Shown piece after piece: positions 16,395 through 21,144 of a DNA stretch of 21,144 nucleotides. The stretch comes from Longivirga aurantiaca (lineage in GTDB: Bacteria; Actinomycetota; Actinomycetes; S36-B12; CAIYMF01). Both the position numbers and the translations under genes were made by a program. Position 1 is the stretch's first letter; every line of letters begins with the position of its first letter. The notes below the pieces were generated by a model. It worked only from the letters and a program-made list of their open reading frames with translations, was not told the DNA's origin and did no database searches. The stretch lies in contig NZ_JBHSTI010000052.1 of NCBI RefSeq assembly GCF_042660085.1, positions 1-21,144 on the forward strand, given 5' to 3'.

Positions 16395-16796
16395 TCAGCC
16401 CTTGGTGCCGACCTCTCCGCCGTGCGCGGCGAGGCCGAAGATGATGAGCACGTCGATGACGAGCACCGTGATCGCGAAGAGCGGGTACCACGGCAGCCAC
16501 GCGAACAGCGACAGCGCGCTGACGCCGGCGGCGATGATGCCCACGATGTTCGCCCAGCTCTTCCCCATGAAGACGAAGCAGCCCACGACGAACAGCAGCA
16601 GACCGATGGCCATGTGGATCCAGCCCCACGTGGTCACGTCGAGTCGCAGGACGTAGTTCTGCCCCACGACGAAGAACTCGTCGCTCAGAACACCCAAGAA
16701 CCCGATGAAGCCCTGCCAGAGTCCGGCCAGGAGCAGCATCCAGCCCGCGAACGTGACCCACCCGCTCGCAGCAGTCGGTCGCGGCTGTTCAGCCAT
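16395..16796 (-). CDS. Small integral membrane protein (4 TM), conserved-hypothetical type
   Basis: 'GWVTFAGWMLLLAGLWQGFIGFLGVL...TTWGWIHMAIGLLLFVVG...ANIVGIIAAGVSALSLFAWLPWYPLFAITVLVIDVLIIFGL' gives four clear hydrophobic helices. The ATG at 16796 is preceded by GGGGAGGTG with 7-nt spacing, so I prefer it to the upstream ATG at 16844. Confidence 0.7.
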   Translation of the reverse strand: MAEQPRPTAASGWVTFAGWMLLLAGLWQGFIGFLGVLSDEFFVVGQNYVLRLDVTTWGWIHMAIGLLLFVVGCFVFMGKSWANIVGIIAAGVSALSLFAWLPWYPLFAITVLVIDVLIIFGLAAHGGEVGTKG

Positions 16797-16912
16797 GGTG
16801 ACACCTCCCCGACCCGTCGGACGTTCGCCGACGGTCGTCGTCACCCTCCACCCTGGACCGGCGCCGTGTCGATGTCCTGCTCGGCGGCGAGGTCGCCTCG
16901 GCGCGGGGACCG

Positions 16913-17278
16913 CTAGTCGGCGTCGGACTGCAGGGCGATGCGGTTGCCCTCGGAGTCCGAGATCTCCGCGACCACGGTGTCGTCGACCGTGGTGGCCGGG
17001 TAGAGCACCTGGGCGCCGGCCTCGACCGCGCGTGCGACGACCGCCTCGACGTCGTCGACCCCGAGGTAGATGCGCGTGCCGTCGACCGACGGCACGTAGC
17101 TCTCGCCCTGCATGAGAGCGCCCGCTGCACCGATCGGGCCGTCGGCCGCGGGGAAGTACGCCGCGTCGTTGCCGTCGACGGTGTCGCGCTCGAGCTCGAC
17201 GAGGAACACGCGCTCGTAGAAGTCGATGGCGCGGTCGAGGTCGGCCACCGGGATCTCGAACCAGCTCGCGCGGACCAT
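16913..17278 (-). CDS. VOC (glyoxalase/bleomycin-resistance/dioxygenase) family protein
   Basis: 'MVRASWFEIPVADLDRAIDFYERVF' is a typical VOC N-terminal beta-alpha-beta module. 121 aa. Its ATG (17278-17276) overlaps the dnaB TGA (17280-17278) by 1 nt (TGATG). The longer 261-aa track ORF is an out-of-frame extension into dnaB. Confidence 0.8.
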   Translation of the reverse strand: MVRASWFEIPVADLDRAIDFYERVFLVELERDTVDGNDAAYFPAADGPIGAAGALMQGESYVPSVDGTRIYLGVDDVEAVVARAVEAGAQVLYPATTVDDTVVAEISDSEGNRIALQSDAD

Positions 17279-18669
17279 CAGGTCTGCGCCATGTCGACGA
17301 AGCGCGAGTAGTGGCCCTGGAAGGCGACGGTGACCGTCGCGGTCGGGCCGTTGCGGTGCTTGGCCACGATGAAGTCGGCCTCGCCCGCGCGCGGCGACTC
17401 GCGCTCGTACGCGTCCTCGCGGTGCAGCAGGATCACCATGTCGGCATCTTGTTCGATACTGCCCGATTCGCGGAGGTCGCTGACCATGGGGCGCTTGTCG
17501 GTGCGCTGCTCCGGGCCACGGTTGAGCTGGGAGATCGCCACGACCGGCACCTCGAGCTCCTTGGCGAGGAGCTTGAGCGAGCGGGAGAACTCCGAGACCT
17601 CCTGCTGGCGGCTCTCGACCTTCTTGCCCGAGCTCATGAGCTGCAGGTAGTCGATGATCACGAGGCGCAGGTCGTGCCGCTGCTTGAGGCGGCGGCACTT
17701 CGCGCGGATCTCCATCATCGTCATGTTGGGCGAGTCGTCGATGTAGAGCGGCGCCTCGGCCACGGCGCTCATCTTGCGCGCGAGCTTCTGCCAGTCGTTG
17801 TCGCTCATCGAGCCGCCGCGCAGGTTGGACAGCGCGATCTGCGCCTCCGCCGACAGCAGGCGCATCGCGATCTCGTTGCGGCTCATCTCCAGGCTGAAGA
17901 TGGCGCTGGTGAGGCCGTGCTTGATCGACGCCGCCCGCGCGAGGTCGAGGCCGAGCGTGGACTTGCCGATCGCGGGACGCGCGGCGACGACGATCATCTG
18001 GCCGGCGTGCAGCCCGTTGGTGAGGGAGTCGAGGTCGGCGAAACCGGTGGGCACGCCTGCGAGGACACCGCCGCGGTTGGCGATCGCGTCGATCTCCTCG
18101 AGCGTGCCGCCCATGACGTCCTTGAGGACGAGGTAGTCCTCGCTCGTGCGCTTGTCGGTGACGTCGTACACCGCGGCCTGGGCGCGGTCGACGAGCTGGT
18201 CGACGTCGCCGTCACCGGCGTACCCCATCTGCACGATGCGCGTGCCGGCCTCGACGAGGCGGCGCAGCACCGCGCGCTCCTGCACGATGCGCGCGTAGTA
18301 GCCGGCGTTGGCGGCCGTGGGCACCGAGGCGACGAGGGTGTGGAGGTAGGGCGCCCCGCCGACGCGGGCGATCTCCTGGATGCGGGTGAGCTCGGCGGAC
18401 ACCGTGACGGCGTCGGCCGGCTCGCCGCGGCTGTAGAGGTCGAGGATGACGCCGTAGATGATCTGGTGGGCCGGGCGGTAGAAGTCCTGCTCGCGCAGGG
18501 TCTCGACGACGTCGGCGATGGCGTCCTTGCTCAGCAGCATCGCGCCGATGACGGACTGCTCGGCGGCGATGTCCTGCGGCGGCGTGCGGTCGGGACCCTG
18601 GTAGGACCCGCCGTCGTCGTGCCCGGAGCCGTCGCGGGGTGACAGCTCGACGACGCTCACGCTGGACAT
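17278..18669 (-). CDS. dnaB: Replicative DNA helicase DnaB (no intein)
   Basis: 'PPQDIAAEQSVIGAMLLSKDAI' N-terminal domain. Walker A 'AARPAIGKSTLGLD'. 'FSLEMS', 'VIIDYLQLM' and 'VVAISQLNRGPEQR' are canonical DnaB helicase motifs. GAGGAGG abuts the ATG at 18669 with zero spacing, so the in-frame GTG at 18660 (9-nt spacing) may be the true start. Confidence 0.95.
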   Translation of the reverse strand: MSSVSVVELSPRDGSGHDDGGSYQGPDRTPPQDIAAEQSVIGAMLLSKDAIADVVETLREQDFYRPAHQIIYGVILDLYSRGEPADAVTVSAELTRIQEIARVGGAPYLHTLVASVPTAANAGYYARIVQERAVLRRLVEAGTRIVQMGYAGDGDVDQLVDRAQAAVYDVTDKRTSEDYLVLKDVMGGTLEEIDAIANRGGVLAGVPTGFADLDSLTNGLHAGQMIVVAARPAIGKSTLGLDLARAASIKHGLTSAIFSLEMSRNEIAMRLLSAEAQIALSNLRGGSMSDNDWQKLARKMSAVAEAPLYIDDSPNMTMMEIRAKCRRLKQRHDLRLVIIDYLQLMSSGKKVESRQQEVSEFSRSLKLLAKELEVPVVAISQLNRGPEQRTDKRPMVSDLRESGSIEQDADMVILLHREDAYERESPRAGEADFIVAKHRNGPTATVTVAFQGHYSRFVDMAQT

Positions 18670-18823
18670 CCTCCTCGCTCCGGGCCCTGCTCCCGGGGAG
18701 CGGCACGCGCCGCCGACCGGGGGTGCCGGGGACGTCCGGCGACCTCACGCACAGGTCTACGCCGGGGGTCCGACAGGCACCGCAGCGAACCTAGGGCGCG
18801 GAGACCGCCAGACCAAGGCGCCC

Positions 18824-18989
18824 TGTGGACGAAGCTGTGGACAGACCTGGGGAACGCGCCGTGAGGACGGGTGACAAGGGTGTGGACAACTATGGGATAA
18901 CCGACGAGTTCTCCGAGGTTCGAGCCCCTGACCTGCGGCGATGCCGTCCACGCCCTGGGGAGGGAAGAAACTTCAGGACGATGTCCACC
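18824..18989. promoter_or_regulatory. Cluster of DnaA-box-like motifs (TGTGGACAA = reverse complement of the actinobacterial consensus TTGTCCACA) in the dnaB/MATE divergent intergenic region
   Basis: TGTGGACga 18824-18832, TGTGGACAg 18836-18844 and a perfect TGTGGACAA at 18881-18889 on the + strand. In the opposite orientation, ccGTCCACg at 18944-18952 and aTGTCCACc at 18981-18989. That gives five GTGGAC/GTCCAC cores in about 165 bp of locally lower-GC, non-coding DNA. Confidence 0.45.
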
Positions 18990-19181
18990 TGGTGAACTCC
19001 CCGTGCTGTGCGTGAGCGGGCAGTTGCACAGCGCATCCACCGACTCCGGGCGCCCTCTCCCTGGAACGACACCTCCAGCCTGGCGTACGCCGGCGCCGGG
19101 CGGGCGGTCAGACGGCGACCCAGCACCAGGGGTGTCTGACCGGCACCGGGGGCAGGGACGGCCTCACGGCAGGATGACGGG

Positions 19182-20576
19182 GTGGGCGAGCAGGTGCAGG
19201 ACGACGGCGCCGACCCGGTGCGCCGGACGCCCGGGCCCGGGTCGCTGCGCGAGATCCTCGGCCTCGCCGTCCCCGCCCTCGGCGCACTGGTCGCGCAGCC
19301 GCTCTTCGTCCTCGTCGACGCCGGCATCGTCGGCACCCTCGGCACGCTGCCGCTGGCCGGCCTCGGCGCCGCCGCGACCCTGGTGTCGCTCGTGCTGGGC
19401 CTCTGCATCTTCCTGGCCTACGCCACGACGTCGTCGGTCGCGCGACGCGTGGGGGAGGGGCGGTGGGACGACGCGGTGTCCGAAGGCGTCGAGGGCATGG
19501 CGCTCGGTCTGGGCCTCGGCGTGCTGCTCGCGCTCGGCACGTGGCTCGCGGCCGAGCCGCTCGTGGTGGCGCTCGGCGCGTCGCCCGAGGTGACGCCGTA
19601 CGCCGTGACCTACCTGCACGTGATCGCGTTCGGCTTCCCGGCGGCGCTGGTGGCGATGGCGGGTGTCGGCGTGCTCCGCGGCCTGCAGGACACGCGGACG
19701 ACGCTGCTCGTCACGCTGCTCGCCGTCCTCGTGAACCTCGTGCTGGCGTGGGTGCTCGTGATCGGGCTCGGCTACGGCATCGGCGGATCGGCCGTCGCCA
19801 CCGTGGTCGCCGAGGTGGTGCAGGCGGCGGCGTACGTCGCGGTGGTGGTGCACGTCGCGCGACGGCACGGGGTGCGGATCGCGCCGTCCGGGCTCGGCAT
19901 GCTCGTGGCCGCGCGCACGGGCGGGCCGCTGTTCGTGCGCACCGTCGTCCTGCGCGCGGTGTTCCTCGTCGCGGCCGCGGTGGCTGCGCGCCTCGGCGAC
20001 GCCGAGCTCGCGGCATACCACGTGAGCTTCCAGGTGTGGATCCTGCTCTCGCTCGCCGCCGACGCGCTCGCGATCGCCGGCATGGCGCTGCTCGGCCGCT
20101 ACCTCGGTGCCGGCGACCGGTCGGGGGCGCGGGTCGTCACGGCGCGCCTCGTGCGGCTGGGGGTGGCGATGGGCGTGGTGCTCGCCGCGATCGTGCTGGC
20201 CTCGCTGCCGTGGCTGCCGGCGCTGTTCACCTCGGATCCGCTCGTGCGGTCGCTGATCGCGGCATCGCTCGCGGTGGCGGCGCTGCAGCAGCCGCTGTCG
20301 TCGCCGGTGTTCGTGCTCGACGGCGTCCTCATCGGCGCCGGCGACGGCCGCTGGCTCGCCGGTGCCGGGCTCGTGATGCTGGTGGCGTTCCTGCCGGCGG
20401 CGTGGCTCGTGCTCTCGCGCGACCTCGGTGTGGTCGGGCTCTGGTGGGCGCTGACGTGGTTCATGGTCGTGCGCGGGGTGCTGCTCGCGTGGCGTGCGCG
20501 CGGCGACCGCTGGCTGCGCACGAGCCCGGACGCCGGGGCCACGTCGACCGCGGCGCTCGGCGATGCCGGAGGATGA
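19182..20576 (+). CDS. MATE-family efflux transporter (DinF-like subgroup)
   Basis: 'LREILGLAVPALGALVAQPLFVLVDAGIVGTLGTLPLAGLGAAATL' is the typical MATE N-terminal block. 12-TM profile with an internal repeat. GTG start at 19182; start not verified. Confidence 0.85.
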   Translation: MGEQVQDDGADPVRRTPGPGSLREILGLAVPALGALVAQPLFVLVDAGIVGTLGTLPLAGLGAAATLVSLVLGLCIFLAYATTSSVARRVGEGRWDDAVSEGVEGMALGLGLGVLLALGTWLAAEPLVVALGASPEVTPYAVTYLHVIAFGFPAALVAMAGVGVLRGLQDTRTTLLVTLLAVLVNLVLAWVLVIGLGYGIGGSAVATVVAEVVQAAAYVAVVVHVARRHGVRIAPSGLGMLVAARTGGPLFVRTVVLRAVFLVAAAVAARLGDAELAAYHVSFQVWILLSLAADALAIAGMALLGRYLGAGDRSGARVVTARLVRLGVAMGVVLAAIVLASLPWLPALFTSDPLVRSLIAASLAVAALQQPLSSPVFVLDGVLIGAGDGRWLAGAGLVMLVAFLPAAWLVLSRDLGVVGLWWALTWFMVVRGVLLAWRARGDRWLRTSPDAGATSTAALGDAGG

Positions 20577-20580
20577 GGAC

Positions 20581-21093
20581 GTGAGCGTTCTTCGGGTGAC
20601 CACCGTCTGCTCCGGCAACATCTGCCGCTCGCCCATCGCGGAGTACGTGCTGCGCCGCGCCCTCGGGGACGCCGGCCTCGGCCACGCGGTCGTCGTCGAC
20701 TCCGCGGGCATCGGCGGGTGGCACACCGGCGACCCGGCAGACCGTCGGGCGCGGCAGGTGCTGCGCGCGCACGGGTACGACGGCGAGCCGCACCGGGCGC
20801 AGCAGATCACGCGGTCGTGGTTCGACGGCGATGCCGGCCCCGACCTGCTGCTCGCGATGGACGCCACGCACCACGACGACCTCGTGCGCCTCGCGCCGCC
20901 GGGCGTCGAGGTCGTCATGATGCGCGCGTTCGATCCCGCGCTGGCCGGCGTACCCCACCCGTCGGACGCGCTGGACGTGCCCGACCCGTACTACGGCGCG
21001 TATGACGGCTTCGAGGACGTGCTCACGATGATCGAGGCGGCGACGCCCGGCACGGTCGACCGCATCCGCGCGCTCCTCGCCGAGCGCGGCTGA
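20581..21093 (+). CDS. Low-molecular-weight protein tyrosine phosphatase (LMW-PTP)
   Basis: Active-site loop 'VCSGNICRSPIAE' (C-X5-R-S) near the N-terminus and the 'DPYYG' general-acid aspartate motif near the C-terminus. The GTG at 20581 is preceded by GGAGG (20568-20572) with 8-nt spacing and lies 4 nt after the MATE stop. The track's ATG at 20494 would overlap the MATE gene by 83 nt. Confidence 0.85.
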   Translation: MSVLRVTTVCSGNICRSPIAEYVLRRALGDAGLGHAVVVDSAGIGGWHTGDPADRRARQVLRAHGYDGEPHRAQQITRSWFDGDAGPDLLLAMDATHHDDLVRLAPPGVEVVMMRAFDPALAGVPHPSDALDVPDPYYGAYDGFEDVLTMIEAATPGTVDRIRALLAERG

Positions 21094-21144
21094 CCGGCGT
21101 ACCACTCGCGAATCTGCCCCCGGTTTCGTCGCTACTTCACGACG

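Noticed and set aside
16913-17698. 261-aa ORF extending the VOC gene upstream into dnaB.
   Set aside because: The N-terminal 140 aa are out-of-frame overlap with dnaB (R/P/A/G-rich). The VOC fold begins at the internal ATG at 17278, which overlaps the dnaB stop.
18917-18928. GGTTCGAGCCCC, which resembles a tRNA T-arm/T-loop and could mark a tRNA gene or a tRNA-derived att site.
   Set aside because: The flanking bases do not form a proper 5-bp T stem. No complementary acceptor stem, anticodon arm or D arm can be drawn in the roughly 75 nt around it on either strand. No integrase gene is nearby.
18941-19015. 24-codon ORF (MPSTPWGGKKLQDDVHLVNSPCCA) in the dnaB/MATE spacer.
   Set aside because: No ribosome-binding site, only moderate codon bias, and overlap with the DnaA-box-like motifs. 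There is no basis for calling it a gene.
18791-19181. Possible riboswitch or leader RNA upstream of the MATE gene: CTAGGG… reminiscent of the start of ykkC/guanidine-I; GGTCAGACGGCG reminiscent of guanidine-III; a 9-bp stem at 19105-19113/19134-19142.
   Set aside because: Only short fragments resemble the consensus motifs. The conserved cores (e.g. GGUCCGAGAG and ACGR elements) are absent, and the single hairpin is unremarkable for GC-rich DNA. Would need a cmsearch against Rfam to revisit.
1-21144. Search for mobile elements, CRISPR arrays, toxin-antitoxin pairs or known defence modules.
   Set aside because: No transposase, integrase or recombinase motifs. No regularly spaced direct repeats. 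No nuclease, helicase or methylase gene combinations other than housekeeping dnaB. Apart from the 14.37-kb junction, the window looks like conserved core chromosome.

Overview
High-GC (Actinomycetota-like) chromosomal segment that reads mostly as core housekeeping DNA. I found no transposase, integrase, CRISPR array, rRNA or tRNA gene, and no recognisable defence-system gene. Left to right: (1) the 3' end of a secreted protein with FlgD-Ig-like repeats; (2) two divergently transcribed paralogous MFS transporters, each fused to a C-terminal cyclic-nucleotide-binding (CNB) domain; (3) a complete cydA-cydB-cydD-cydC cytochrome bd oxidase operon on the minus strand; (4) an EamA/DMT transporter; (5) a minus-strand cluster of a small membrane ORF, a membrane GGDEF diguanylate cyclase and a P-loop kinase-like protein; (6) an AEC-family transporter; (7) an AIM24/TIGR00266 protein; (8) a small membrane protein; (9) dnaB translationally coupled to a VOC/glyoxalase gene; (10) a MATE exporter followed by a low-molecular-weight protein tyrosine phosphatase. 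Most long ORFs in the six-frame track are antisense or out-of-frame artefacts of the high GC content. Four things are not explained by ordinary gene content. (a) A 62-bp near-perfect palindrome fills the unusually long cydD-cydC spacer. (b) The two CNB-fused MFS transporters sit next to the cyd operon. (c) A dense cluster of TGTGGAC(A) DnaA-box-like motifs lies in the lower-GC dnaB/MATE divergent region. (d) At about 14364-14372 a minus-strand ORF abuts a start-less plus-strand fragment that resembles the C-terminus of a DUF2156/aminoacyl-PG-synthase-type protein, which looks like a deletion or rearrangement scar. I cannot support a claim of a clearly novel multi-gene system here. All family assignments come from reading motifs by eye and need HMM or BLAST confirmation.
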